From an uncultured Gemmatimonadaceae bacterium (GTDB lineage: Bacteria > Gemmatimonadota > Gemmatimonadetes > Gemmatimonadales > Gemmatimonadaceae): a DNA stretch of 64,000 nt. The notes below the pieces were generated by a model, which worked only from the letters and a program-made list of their open reading frames with translations, ran no database searches and was not told where the DNA came from. Numbering within the stretch: the first letter of the stretch is position 1; each line of letters opens with the position of its first letter. Below are positions 1 through 12,376 of the stretch, in pieces. The stretch is from contig CAWHHI010000016.1 of NCBI GenBank assembly GCA_963829055.1, positions 96,001 to 160,000 on the forward strand, in the 5' to 3' direction. The position numbers and the translations under genes were made by a program.

Positions 1-929
1 CAGAAGTCCGACGGACTCGCGATGAGTCGCTGCTGCCCCTGCGCGAGTGTGAACGGCGTTGCACTCGGCGTGAATGGCTGCGACTTGGGGAGGCTGCCGT
101 TGCCGCCGACCGTGACGTCCACGTTGATGTTCTGCGCCGGCTTGCAGTTCTGGTTAGGCACGACGATCTGGAGCGACGTCGGTGTGGCCGCTGTGACTGA
201 CGCGGTCACGCCGCCAATGCGGACGACATTCGCGTCGGCGGTCGCGCCGAACTTCGTGCCCGTGATCGTCGCGGGCTGTCCTTCGACCAGAGTGCTTGGC
301 GTTATGGTAGCGATCTGAGGAGCGTCGGCCGGATTTCCCGCGATGACCGTGACCTGGACCGTCCCGGTCTTGGCTTCAGACGTCGCTGTGATCGTGGCGG
401 TTCCCCCAGCAACGGCGGTAACGACTCCGGCGCCCGACACGGTTGCGATGGCCTGATCGCTCGTGCTCCACGTGACGGTGCGGCCAGTGACCACCGTGTT
501 GCTGGCATCGCGTGTCACCGCGGTCGCCTGTGTGGTCTGGCCGGCCTGCAAGGTCGTCGCGGTAGCGGTCACCGTTACGGTCGCCACCGGAGGCGCCACG
601 ATGGTGACCGTCGCGGTGCCGGTTTTTCCTTCGATAGTCGCGGTGATCGTCGCGCCGCCCGGCGACACGCCGGTCACTACGCCCGCGTTGCTCACGGTGG
701 CGATAGCCTGGCTCGACGTGGTCCAAGCGACTTTGCGATTCGTGAGCGTGTTGCCCTTCGCGTCCTTCGCGGTCGCCGTGAGCTGCGCGGTTTGCCCAAC
801 GATGACATTTCCAGCGGGCGCCGGGACGTTCACCGTGGCGACCGCGGGAGGTCCGGACGAATCACCGCTGCAGGCGACGAACGCGACCGTAAGCAGCGAG
901 ACGAGCGCGAGCCGGGTGCGAGTAGTCAT
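1..929 (-). CDS. Surface lipoprotein with two bacterial Ig-like (Big_2) repeats and an IPT/TIG-like domain; 3' end runs off the window
   Basis: Manual minus-strand translation from ATG 929: MTTRTRLALVSLLTVAFVAC (lipobox), then two Thr/Val-rich repeats with W(T/S)TSxQAIATVSxAGVVTxVxxGxATITAT. Absent from the ORF track because there is no stop in the window. Confidence 0.85.
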   Translation of the reverse strand, partial: MTTRTRLALVSLLTVAFVACSGDSSGPPAVATVNVPAPAGNVIVGQTAQLTATAKDAKGNTLTNRKVAWTTSSQAIATVSNAGVVTGVSPGGATITATIEGKTGTATVTIVAPPVATVTVTATATTLQAGQTTQATAVTRDASNTVVTGRTVTWSTSDQAIATVSGAGVVTAVAGGTATITATSEAKTGTVQVTVIAGNPADAPQIATITPSTLVEGQPATITGTKFGATADANVVRIGGVTASVTAATPTSLQIVVPNQNCKPAQNINVDVTVGGNGSLPKSQPFTPSATPFTLAQGQQRLIASPSDF

Positions 930-1096
930 GATTTTCCTGCGAAGGCGGTGCGAACCGCGCCACCCCTGCGGCAGCGCTCGTCGAACATATGGATCGACGC
1001 GCAGTCGGCAAAGGGTACGAACGGTGAACTACCTTGGTCGTGCGGTGTGAGGCGCGTTCGCGACCGCCGAGTGCGCCGCCGACCGCCGCCGATGCG

Positions 1097-1102
1097 TATA
1101 AT
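1097..1102 (+). promoter_or_regulatory. Putative sigma70 -10 box (TATAAT) for the aminotransferase
   Basis: Exact TATAAT about 35 nt upstream of GTG 1137, with a GGAGG RBS between them. Confidence 0.5.
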
Positions 1103-1136
1103 TCCAGACCCACTCCACCCGACCCGGAGGACGCAC

Positions 1137-2339
1137 GTGCCCCAGCTGACCGACCGCTTCAAGGCGTTTCCCGTCTACCCGCTCGCCCATGTTCCCGCGA
1201 AGAAGCGCGAGCTCCTGCAGCGCGGCGTGGACGTGATCGACCTTGGCGCGGGTGATGCGGATCTCGCGCCTCCGCCGGCGGCCGTCGAGGCACTCGTGAA
1301 GGCTGCGCACACGCCGTCGATGAGCCGGTACGGGTTCGGACTGGGGCACGTCCCGTTTCGTGAGGCCATTTCCGAGTGGATGGCGATGCGGTTCGGACAG
1401 CGCTTCGACCCCATCAGCGAGGTCGTGCCGCTCATTGGATCGAAGGAAGGCATCGCGCACGTGGCGTTCGCGTATCTCGGGCGCGGCGACGTCGCGATCA
1501 TTCCCGAGCCGGCGTATCAAGCCTACCTCGGCGGTACGTTGCTGAGCGACGCCACGCCGTACGTGTATCCGCTCAGGCCGCGCACGCGCTTCCTCGTCGA
1601 GCTCGATGAGATTCCGCGCGATGTGTTGTCGCGGACGCGCGTGCTCTATCTCAACTACCCGAACAACCCGACCGCCGCCGTCGCCCCGCGCGACTACCTC
1701 GAGCGCGTCGTGCGCACGTGTCGTGAGCGCGACATCCTGCTCGTGTACGACAACGCGTACTCCGAGCTGGCGTTCGACGACTACGTGCCGCCGAGCATCT
1801 TCGAGATCGATGGCGCGCGCGACGTGGCGATCGAATTTCATTCGCTCTCGAAGACGTACAACATGACCGGCTGGCGCTGCGGCTGGTCTGTCGCGAAGCC
1901 AGAGATCTCGGCCGCGCTCGCGAAGGTGAAGACGTTCATCGACACCGGCACGTTCATGGGCATCCAGGCGGCCGGCGTCGCGGCGATCCAGAGCTGGAAG
2001 GAGTTCGTGCCGCCGAACGTCGCGATCTTCAAGGAACGTCGTGACGCCGCGGTCGCCGCGTTCCGCTCGGCCGGCTTCTCGTGCGAGACGCCGGAAGCGA
2101 CGATGTATCTGTGGATCGCACTCCCCGAGGGCATGCCGAGTCGTCCGTTCGCCGATCGGCTGATGGAGGAGGAAGGGGTGATCGTTCTCCCAGGCGCCGG
2201 TTTCGGCGCGGGCGGCGAAGGCTTCTTCCGCGTGTCGTTCATCGTACCGCCGGCGCGCATGGCTGTGGCAGCCGAGCGGGCGGGTCGCATTCTGGCGTCA
2301 ATGCAGGCGGAAGCCGGGGCGGAGGTCGCGGCTCTGTAG
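1137..2339 (+). CDS. PLP-dependent class I/II aminotransferase (LL-diaminopimelate aminotransferase-like)
   Basis: Motifs IDLGAGDAD, GSKEG, YLNYPNNPT, DNAY, SLSKTYNMTGWRCG (PLP Lys). GTG 1137 follows GGAGG. Confidence 0.85.
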   Translation: MPQLTDRFKAFPVYPLAHVPAKKRELLQRGVDVIDLGAGDADLAPPPAAVEALVKAAHTPSMSRYGFGLGHVPFREAISEWMAMRFGQRFDPISEVVPLIGSKEGIAHVAFAYLGRGDVAIIPEPAYQAYLGGTLLSDATPYVYPLRPRTRFLVELDEIPRDVLSRTRVLYLNYPNNPTAAVAPRDYLERVVRTCRERDILLVYDNAYSELAFDDYVPPSIFEIDGARDVAIEFHSLSKTYNMTGWRCGWSVAKPEISAALAKVKTFIDTGTFMGIQAAGVAAIQSWKEFVPPNVAIFKERRDAAVAAFRSAGFSCETPEATMYLWIALPEGMPSRPFADRLMEEEGVIVLPGAGFGAGGEGFFRVSFIVPPARMAVAAERAGRILASMQAEAGAEVAAL

Positions 2340-2412
2340 CGGAGGGCCGTAGGAAGGAGGCCATAGGAAGGAGGCCTTCGGATGGCGGAAGACGGAGGGC
2401 GGACGGCGGGGC
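2340..2412. repeat. Purine-rich short tandem repeats (TAGGAAGGAGGCC x2; GGCGGAA/GGCGGAC-like units)
   Basis: Visible directly after the stop codon; related units flank the hairpin at 63069-63244. Confidence 0.55.
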
Positions 2413-2530
2413 TTGCGTTCCAATTGCATGGCTCCATTCTCAGGCTGGTCACCAAGCCACCAACGAGTCGGGTCGAGCACGATACTCGTCGACGGCCGCG
2501 ATTGGCTCATCCACGACTAAGGATCCCGAG

Positions 2531-5459
2531 ATGTCTCAGCACGTGACGCGAACTGCACGCACGCTGGCGACCATGCTCCTCGTCGGCGCCGGGGCGGCGT
2601 CGCTCGGAGCGCAGACCGCGACCGTCAGCGATGCGAATCGTCCCGCGGTGACGGCGACGTCGCCCGCAGCACTCAAGCAACTCGATCCGGCCGACCTCGC
2701 GTTCTGGAAGAACGTGCGGTTCACGGCGCTGTCGAACGACGGAAAGTGGTTCGCGTACCAGCTGACGCCTAACGAAGGTGACGCCGAGGTCGTGGTGCGG
2801 CCGACCGCTGAAGGCGAAGAGCGTCGCTTCAAGATCGGGGAGCCGCCTCCGCCGGCTGGCGGGTTCGGCGGCGGCGGGAACACATCCGTCGTGATCTCCG
2901 ACGATGGCAAGTGGCTCGGCTTCTTCAAGTACCCGACCGCAGCCGACGCGAAGAAGCTGCGCAAGGATAAGAAACCGGTGCAGAGTGGCGTCGTCGTGGT
3001 GAATCTCGCGACGGGCGAGACGCGCGAGTTCGACAAGATGCGCCGCTTCTCGTTCGCGCCGAAGCAGTCGAACTGGCTCGCGATCCAGCGTTATGCGGCC
3101 GAAGGTGCGCCGGCGGGTGCGGGCGCGGATCTCCTGCTCGTTGACGTACGTACCGGAACCGTGACGAGTATCGGCAACGTCGGCGAGTTCGCGTTCGACG
3201 ACGCCGGAACGCGCCTCGCCTGGACCATCGAGGGGCGTGATCTGGTCGGCAACGGCGTGCAGGTGCGCGATCTCAAAACCGATGTCGTCCGCGTGCTGGA
3301 CAGCGACAAGGCGCTCTACCGTCGCCTCACGTGGGCCGACAGCGGCCTCGCGCTCGCCGTTCTTCGCGGTCGCCCCGACAGCGCCGCCGCCGACACCGCG
3401 TACTCGGTGCTCGGCTACGCTGGTTTCACGCCGGCGATGAAGGCAGTCGTCTTCACGCCGACCGACACCGGCGGCTTTCCGAGCGGCCTTCGCATTGCCC
3501 CGGATCGTGCGCCGCGCTGGGCGGGGGATCGGTCGGCCATCTACTTCGGCATTGCCCCGCGTCGTACGGCGCCCGAGAGCAAGACACCTCGTCCGGACGT
3601 TAAGCCGGTGGCGGGGATTCCAGGTGCCATGCAGGCGACGGGACGTGGCGTCGGAGAGGAAGACGAGCTCCCGTCGCTCGTCATCTGGCACGGGAAGGAT
3701 CCGCGCCTCCAGTCGCAGCAGCAGGTGGAGGAGACGCGGGACAAGCAGTTCAGCTTCCTCGCGGAGTATCGCGTCGCCGATCGCAAATTCGTGCGCCTCG
3801 GCACCGACGAGATGCGTGACGTCACGCTCGCACCTAACGAGCGCTGGGCGATCGCGTCCGACGTGCGTGGTTACGAGCGCGCCGGAAACATCGACGGCAT
3901 GCGCTACCACGACGTCTACGCCATCGATACGCGCACGGGTGAGCGCAAGCTGGCCGTGAAGAAAACGCCCAACCGTGAATTCCCGTCGCCGGACGGATCG
4001 CGCTTCCTCTATTTCGATGACGGGCAGTACCGCGTCTACGATATGGCCGCGGGAACATCGCGAGTCATCACAGCGGGCGTCGCCCGTGTCGTTCGTCGAC
4101 ACAGAGGACGATCATAACGTCGATCGCCCACCCGTCGCGCCGATGGGCTGGTCCAGGGACGGGAGCGCGGTGCTGCTCTCCGATAACTGGGACGTGTGGC
4201 GCGTTCCGGTGAACGGGTCGGGCAAGGCCGTGAACCTGACGGGGAACGGCCGCGCGACCGGCGTTCGCTACCAGCGTCGCGTCGTCATCGATCCGCAGGA
4301 ACGCGGCGTCGATCTCTCGAAGCCGTTCTACATCTCGACGTACGGCGAGCGCACGAAGAAGGAAGGTCTCGCGCTCGTGAATCCCGCGAAGCCAGGCGCG
4401 ACGTCGCTCGTGTGGGACGACGCGAAGTACGCGTTCGCGCGTGCCCGTGACGCGGACACGTGGGTGTTCACGCGCCAGACCGTGAAGGACTACCCGGACT
4501 ACTGGGTCACGAACGCGACGTTCGGTTCACCGCGTCGCCTGACGACGGCGAACCCGCAGCAGAGCCAGTACGCGTGGTCGAGCGGCGCGCGGCTCGTGGA
4601 CTACGTGACGGACAAGGGCGACTCGCTGCAGGGCGCGCTGTACCTGCCGGCGAACTACGAGCCGGGCAAGAAGTACCCGACCGTCGTCTACATCTACGAG
4701 AAGCGCTCCCAGTTCCTGCACAGCTACAGTCAGCCTAACGAGACGCAGGCGTTCAACGCCAGCGTGTACACGAGCCGAGGGTATGCGGTGTTCCAGCCGG
4801 ACATCGTGTACAAGGTGAACGACCCGGGCATGTCGGCCGTGTGGGCCGTCGTACCGGCGGTGAAGGCCGCGATCAAGACGGGTATCGTGGACTCGGCGAA
4901 CGTGGCGCTGCACGGCCACTCGTGGGGCGGCTACCAGACGGCGTTCCTCGTCACGCAGACGAACATCTTCAAGAGCGCCATTGCCGGCGCCGCGCTCACC
5001 GACATGGTGAGCATGTACAGCTCCGTGTACTGGAACACGGGGAGCGGCAACGCGCCGATCTTCGAGAGCAGCCAGGGACGATTCAAGGGCAACTTCCTCG
5101 AGAACTACGACGCCTACATCCGGAACTCGCCCGCGTTCCACGCCGACAAGATCAAGACGCCGCTGCTCCTGCTGCATAACGAGCACGACGGCGCCGTCGA
5201 CTTCAACCAGGGCATCACGTTCTTCAACACGCTGCGCGAGCTCGGCAAGGATGTCGTGCTGCTGCAGTACGTCGGCGAGAACCACGGCCTCGCGCAGCCG
5301 AAGAACATGAAGGACTACACGATTCGCATGCGTGAGTACTTCGACTACTATCTCAAGGGCGAGCCCGCGCCCGAGTGGCTCAAGGACGGTATTCCACGTC
5401 TCAAGATGGAGGAGCATCTCAAGTCGCGGCAGAAGAAAGTGGAGAAGATAGCGTCTTGA
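2531..5459 (+). CDS. Secreted S9 (prolyl oligopeptidase family) peptidase; one frameshift near 4085
   Basis: Signal peptide, beta-propeller-like N-terminal region, GHSWGG nucleophile motif, DGAV and ENHG catalytic motifs. Joins ORFs 2081..4117 and 3975..5459. Confidence 0.9.
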
Positions 5460-6645
5460 GATCGCGCACTTACGGTTCAGGTATTTGCGTTGGCGTGGCG
5501 CTAATGGCCGTCGTGATGGCTGGTACGGATGCGGGCGCGCAGGCGCCTAACGGCCGGGCGCGGGCGCGCGACCTGGGTGTCGCGCCCGGCATCTTCAAGC
5601 CGGGCGCGAACAACGCGATCACCGACGTGTCCGGTGTGCTCGTCGGCCAGACGACGGTGACCGACGGCGACTCCGTCCACACGGGCATCACCGCGATCCG
5701 CGCGCACGGGGGCAATCAGTATCTCGATCGCGTGCCGGCGGCCGTGCACGTCGGCAACGCGTTCGGGAAGCTCGTTGGCAGCACCCAGGTGAAGGAGCTC
5801 GGCGAGCTCGAGACGCCGATCCTGCTCACGTGTACGCTGTGCGTGTGGAAGGCGGCCGACGCGATGGTCGAATGGATGATCGCGCAGCCGGGCATGGAGC
5901 GTGTCGGCTCGCTCAATCCCGTGGTCGGCGAGACGAATGACGGCGGACTGAACGCGATTCGCTCGCGGCCGATTCGCCCGAGCACGTGCGCGCGGCGCTC
6001 GATGGCGCGAAGAGCGGCCCAGTCGCCGAGGGTAGCGTTGGTGCTGGGGCAGGGACGCAGGCGTTCGGCTGGAAGGGCGGCATCGGCACGTCGTCACGCG
6101 TCGTGCCGAAGTCGCTCGGCGGCTACACGGTCGGCGTGCTCGTGCAGTCGAACTTCGGTGGGATTCTGCAAGTGCTCGGCGCCCCGGTCGGAAAGGAGCT
6201 CGGGCGGTACGCGTTCAAGAACGAGATGGACCGCGAGCGCGGCGACGGCTCGATCATGATGGTGGTCGCCACGGATGCGCCGATCTCCGACCGGAATCTC
6301 GAACGACTCGCGGCGCGAGCGATGATGGGACTGGGTCGCACGGGGTCCTCGGCGTCGAACGGGTCGGGCGACTTCGTGATCGCATTCTCGACGGCGGCGT
6401 CGGTGCGTCGTCGCCTAACGCCAGCCGCCCCGGGCACGCCTGAGCCGTTGACGCGGCAGACCGAGGACCTCACGAACGACGCGATGTCGGGCTTGTTCGA
6501 GGCCGTCGTCGAGGCGACGGAGGAGTCGATCTACAACTCGCTGTTCATGGCGACGCCGGTGACCGCCCGCGGCCGCACGGTGGACGCGATTCCGCTGGAT
6601 CGCGTGCGAGACGTGCTGAAGAAATACAACGTCGGCAGTCGCTGA
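5456..6645 (+). CDS. P1/S58 family DmpA-like L-aminopeptidase/D-esterase; frameshift near 5980
   Basis: RARDLG, NAITDV, GNAFGK, EGSVGAGAG, KGGIGTSSR, DGSI autocleavage site, NGSGD. TTG start overlaps the upstream TGA. Confidence 0.9.
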
Positions 6646-6699
6646 GTCGTGCCGCTCGGTCTGCGCACGCGGTTGCTCAACGGCGAACAGCGCCGGGCG

Positions 6700-6912
6700 A
6701 CCATCTGAACACTGATGGGGCGAGCGGAGCAGCCGAATCGAAGCGGATTGATTCCTGATGCGGTGGCATGTGAGCTACAGCCAGCGGAATTTCGAGGGGC
6801 ATTGCTGCGCGGCATAAGTGTCGTCCCTCGTCGCTAGCGCTCCTCGGGATGACAACGGAGTCAATCCGCTTGAATCCGAGCGAATCCGTTCGCCCGCGTT
6901 CGTCTGAGGATG
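6700..6912. repeat. Imperfect ~55-bp inverted repeat pair (6700-6755, 6857-6912) enclosing a REP half-site (6823-6853)
   Basis: AAGCGGATTGATTCC pairs with GGAGTCAATCCGCTT. A third copy lies at 25039-25092. Confidence 0.7.
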
Positions 6913-6941
6913 CCGGTACGGTTGTCGCATAGCCAGATAGC

Positions 6942-7586
6942 ATGAAGAAACATCAGATGCTGCCAATGGCACTCATTGGCGCGGGGCTCGGTGCCGCCGC
7001 GGGATTCGCGCTGCTCTCGCGCTCCGTGAAGAAGCACAACACCCGTCAGATCGACGGACGCGCGCGCAAGAAGGCCCTCGAGCGGCGCCGCCGCTCCACG
7101 AAGATGCTCGCGAAAGGCATCGGGCCACTCGGCAAGTGGTGGGGGCAGACGCCGATCGCCGCGCTGGTCACGGCCCTCGTGTGGCGCCGGCGCGGACGCT
7201 ATGCCGCGTTGCCGATCGCCGGAGCGTCGGCCAGCGCCGCCGCCCTCGCCTGGGTGCTCGAGCGCGCCATGTTCCAGCGGCGACCGCCTCCGGGGCGTCA
7301 TTCGCCGACCGAGCCCGCGTTCCCGAGTGGACACGCATTGCAAACCTCGGCTGTCGCGTGGACGGCCGCGTACGTGCTGCTGCGCGAGCGCGCCGTTCCG
7401 AGATCCGCGATGCTACCGCTCGCCGTGCTGCTGCCCGCCGCCAGTGGTCTCGCGAAATTGCACCTCGATGGCCACTGGCTCACGGATGTCCTCGGTGGAT
7501 ATTTGGTGGGCGCCGCGATCGCGGCTCCAGCCGCCGCGGGGTACGAGATGGCACGACCGCGCCGGCGTCGTTTCGCCACTCACTGA
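6942..7586 (+). CDS. PAP2 family membrane phosphatase
   Basis: RRP, FPSGHA and HWLTDVLGG motifs with hydrophobic segments. Confidence 0.85.
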   Translation: MKKHQMLPMALIGAGLGAAAGFALLSRSVKKHNTRQIDGRARKKALERRRRSTKMLAKGIGPLGKWWGQTPIAALVTALVWRRRGRYAALPIAGASASAAALAWVLERAMFQRRPPPGRHSPTEPAFPSGHALQTSAVAWTAAYVLLRERAVPRSAMLPLAVLLPAASGLAKLHLDGHWLTDVLGGYLVGAAIAAPAAAGYEMARPRRRRFATH

Positions 7587-7593
7587 GGTCTCC

Positions 7594-8978
7594 ATGCACG
7601 TTCGCTCGTCCATATCGGCGGTCCTCCTGACCGCCGCCGTTCTCGCACGTCCGCTCGCCGCGCAGACCGTCGCCGACCGGTATCGCGCCGACGCCAATCG
7701 CATCATCGACGCAGCCCTCAAGGACAGCACGGCCTGGAACCGGTTGGGCGAGATGACCGAGAAATTCGGCAATCGCCTGAGCGGGACGCCGGCGCTCGAG
7801 CAGACGATCGATTGGGTGATCGCGAAGATGAAGGCCGACGGGCTTCAGAACGTCCGCGGCGAGCGCGTGATGGTGCCGGTCTGGGTTCGTGGCGCCGAGT
7901 CGGCTCAGCTCGTGAGCCCACGCGTGCAGAACATGCCCATGCTGGGACTCGGTGGAAGCATCGCGACCCCGCCCGGTGGCGTCACCGCGGACGTGTTCGT
8001 CGTCAGCAGCTTCAGCGAGCTGACGGCGAAGGCGTCGCAGGCCGCCGGCAAGATCGTGCTCTTCGACGTCCCGTTCACCAGCTACGGAGAGACGGTCCAG
8101 TATCGCGCGCGTGGCGCGGTCGCCGCGGCGCAGGCCGGCGCAGTCGCCGCGCTCGTCCGCTCCGTCACGCCGTTCTCGATGCGTACGCCGCACACCGGCG
8201 GCATGTTCTACGACTCGACCGTTAGGCGCATCCCCACGGCCGCGATCACGGTCGAGGATGCGCGAGATGCTGCATCGCATGCAGGATCGCGGCGAGCGCA
8301 TCCGCGTGAAGCTCCTCATGTCCGCGCACACACTGCCTGACGCGCCGTCACGCAACGTGATGGGCGAGATCGTCGGGTCCGAGAAGCCCGACGAGGTCGT
8401 GGTGTTCGGCGGCCACATCGACTCGTGGGACGTCGGTCGCGGCGCGATGGACGACGGTGGCGGCGTCGTGGTCGCGTGGGAGGCGGTGAAGCTCCTCCAG
8501 CGTCTTGGCCTCAAGCCGCGTCGCACGATCCGCGTCGTCGGATGGACGAACGAGGAGAATGGCGGACGTGGTGGGCAGGGGTACCGGGACGCGCACAAGG
8601 CCGACATCGACAAGCACATGCTGGCCATCGAGTCCGACGGCGGCGTGTTCAAGCCGCAGGGCTTCAGCTTCTCTGGTTCGGATGCGGCGCTCGAGATCGT
8701 GAAGCAGATCGCGACGCTGCTCGATCGTATCGAAGCCGGCGCGATCGTGAAGGGCGGCGCCGGATCGGACGTTGCGCCCGATCAACGCGCTCGGGGTGCC
8801 CGGCCTGGGGCTCAACGTCGACGGCACCAAGTATTTCTGGTATCACCACACCGAAGCCGACACGATCGAGAAGCTCGACGCGCACGAGATGGCGCTCTGC
8901 GTGGCGACAATGGCCGTCATGGCGTACGTCGTGGCGGACATGCCGGAGCCACTGCCGCGCGCAGCCGCGACGCCGTGA
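7594..8978 (+). CDS. Secreted M28 peptidase (carboxypeptidase Q-like); frameshifts near 8260 and 8775
   Basis: Signal peptide, GGHIDSWDVGRGAMDDGGG, NEENG, ESDGG, YHHTEADT, spread across three frames. Confidence 0.9.
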
Positions 8979-9161
8979 CGCTCGGGACCGCCGCGCCGCG
9001 AGCCCATCGCTTGCGGCGCGGCTGGCGTCGGTTCAGCTTCTACCCAGGGAACGGTTGCGCCGCCAAGCATTGGCGCACACGCCGCAGTGCAAGGGAACGA
9101 GGCGATTATCACGGACGGCGAGCGGGTGCCTGGATGGCAACACTGCCGCTGCGGAGGACAC

Positions 9162-9380
9162 ATGTCGAAGCAAGGTGCTATCGAGATGGAGGGGAAGGTC
9201 GCGGAAGTGCTGCCGAACGCGACGTTCCGGGTGACGGTGAATGGCGGCCACGACGTGCTCACGACGCTCGGCGGTAAGATGCGGCAGAACCGCATTCGTG
9301 TCCTCGCCGGCGATCACGTGACCATCGAGGTCTCGCCGTACGATCTCTCGCGCGGTCGCATCACGTACCGCCACAAGTAG
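9162..9380 (+). CDS. infA: Translation initiation factor IF-1
   Basis: [24 protein letters not shown]...[41 protein letters not shown]. Confidence 0.97.
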   Translation: MSKQGAIEMEGKVAEVLPNATFRVTVNGGHDVLTTLGGKMRQNRIRVLAGDHVTIEVSPYDLSRGRITYRHK

Positions 9381-9427
9381 ACGTCGCCTAACGCCGGTCC
9401 GGATGCGTCAGTGCGCGTCGGCACGTC

Positions 9428-9577
9428 TCAGCGGCGTTGCACGCGCCCGGCGACGAGGATGAGCGTCGCCACGAGCGACACCAGTGCGATGACGCTCGTG
9501 AGCACGAGCGCCGTGATGCGCACCGCGAGCTGCCCGCGACCGCTGCGCGCGATCACCACGCGGACGCGGCTGAACAT
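9428..9577 (-). CDS. Small 49-aa single-TM protein
   Basis: Manual translation MFSRVRVVIARSGRGQLAVRITALVLTSVIALVSLVATLILVAGRVQRR*. High-GC3 codons; lies just downstream of the hydrolase on the same strand. Confidence 0.55.
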   Translation of the reverse strand: MFSRVRVVIARSGRGQLAVRITALVLTSVIALVSLVATLILVAGRVQRR

Positions 9578-9603
9578 CACGGCAGCCGATTCCTGCCCGG
9601 GCG

Positions 9604-10608
9604 TCAATTTCGAGGAGCGGCCGGCGCGGCCAATGGCACCGTGACGCTCGCGAAGCTCCGCTGGCCCGGACCTGCATAACGCGCATCGTCCAGACGCACC
9701 GTCGTCGAATCACCAACGGTGAGATCCGCGAACGGAAAGCGCGACCACGACAGGAACCGACGACCATCAGGCGTCGCTCGCGCGGCCGCTGTGATCTCGG
9801 GGGTGATCTTCGGAATTCGCTCCGGCAATGCTTCGTATCGCGGACCTGGCCACCACGTAAGCCGGCCCCGTTCGTAGGAACCGCCCACATCGCGGACGAC
9901 GCTGCGAGTGAACGGCGTCACCGCATCCGGCGCGACCATCACGCGGTCGGCGGCCGAACCACCAGCGGCGACTGCCTGTCGCTCGACGAGCACTCGCCCG
10001 ATCCAGCTCGACCCCGCCATGATCGCGATGTACGTGGCGACCGCGAACACCGCAATGCGCGCGGGGCGGTGCACTCTCGCCATTACCGTCGGCGATGCGG
10101 CGCCTACAGGAACCGCGCGCGCGCGTTGGAGCGAAACGAACGAGCCGACGCCGAGTACGACCCAGACCGACGGGTCGACGATGAAGAGCGTGTCGCCGTA
10201 GAACCAGCGCGACGAGAACGGCATGAGGAGTCGCACGCCGTACGTATTGAGGAGATCGAACAGCGGGTGCGTCCAGATGGAGATGGCCGCCAGCACCAGG
10301 AGTTGTGATGGAATGACCGGCGTACCGACTGGTCGACGCCTTCGCGCGCGACGCGCGTCGCGCGCCTGACCGACCCAGATCATCATGACCGTCAGCAGCA
10401 CCGGCAGGACCACCATCGCGACGACGCCGTGCGTCCACCCGCGGCGGAACTCGAGCGCCGCTGCTCCGCCGCGCACGACGTAGACGATCGCGTCGACATC
10501 GGGCAGATTCGCGCCGATGATCATCGTCGCGGTCGCGAGCCCGGTGCGACGGCGGAATCCCGCGCCCGACAGTGCGGCACCAACGAGCGAGTGGCAGAGG
10601 TTGTCCAC
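9604..10608 (-). CDS. Membrane-bound metal-dependent hydrolase (YdjM-like)
   Basis: MDNLCHSLVG, ANLPDVD, RGWTHG, HPLFDLLNTYG motifs. Confidence 0.85.
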   Translation of the reverse strand: MDNLCHSLVGAALSGAGFRRRTGLATATMIIGANLPDVDAIVYVVRGGAAALEFRRGWTHGVVAMVVLPVLLTVMMIWVGQARDARRARRRRPVGTPVIPSQLLVLAAISIWTHPLFDLLNTYGVRLLMPFSSRWFYGDTLFIVDPSVWVVLGVGSFVSLQRARAVPVGAASPTVMARVHRPARIAVFAVATYIAIMAGSSWIGRVLVERQAVAAGGSAADRVMVAPDAVTPFTRSVVRDVGGSYERGRLTWWPGPRYEALPERIPKITPEITAAARATPDGRRFLSWSRFPFADLTVGDSTTVRLDDARYAGPGQRSFASVTVPLAAPAAPRN

Positions 10609-10782
10609 GAAGTCGGGTTGAAGTGAGCGAACAACCTATGCACCTCGGCGAGCGGCGGCAAACGTCGTCGTCGCGCGGCTGTCGACCGCGGTGGCCCGCG
10701 GTCCTAACGTTCGCCTGTGATGGGTCGGCGGACTCCTCCGGCGCGCACGTTAGGCCTTCATGTCAGGCAAGCGACGTGATGA

Positions 10783-12108
<1,326 letters not shown>

Positions 12109-12192
12109 GCGGGGCGGAGTAGATGTGAGGGTCAGCAGACGATCCTTCCGAGCCCCATTCTATCGACAGAGCGCCCGTGGCGCACGCCAGTT

Positions 12193-12372
12193 GTCATTCC
12201 GAGCGGGGGTGTCATTCCGAGCGAGGCCGCAGGCCGCAGGTGCCCTCTGGGCGCATGAGGAATCGCGATCGTCCCGATAGTGGGCCGTCTTCACGGACGA
12301 CAGTCGCGATTCCTCGACTCCGCCGCTCCGCGGCTCCGCTCGGAATGACAGTGACACCCCGCTCGGAATGAC
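12193..12372. repeat. REP-like nested palindrome, GTCATTCCGAGCG ... CGCTCGGAATGAC family
   Basis: Left arms at 12193 and 12211, right arms at 12337 and 12360; inner GAGGAATCGCGA/TCGCGATTCCTC stem. Confidence 0.85.
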
Positions 12373-12376
12373 AGCC

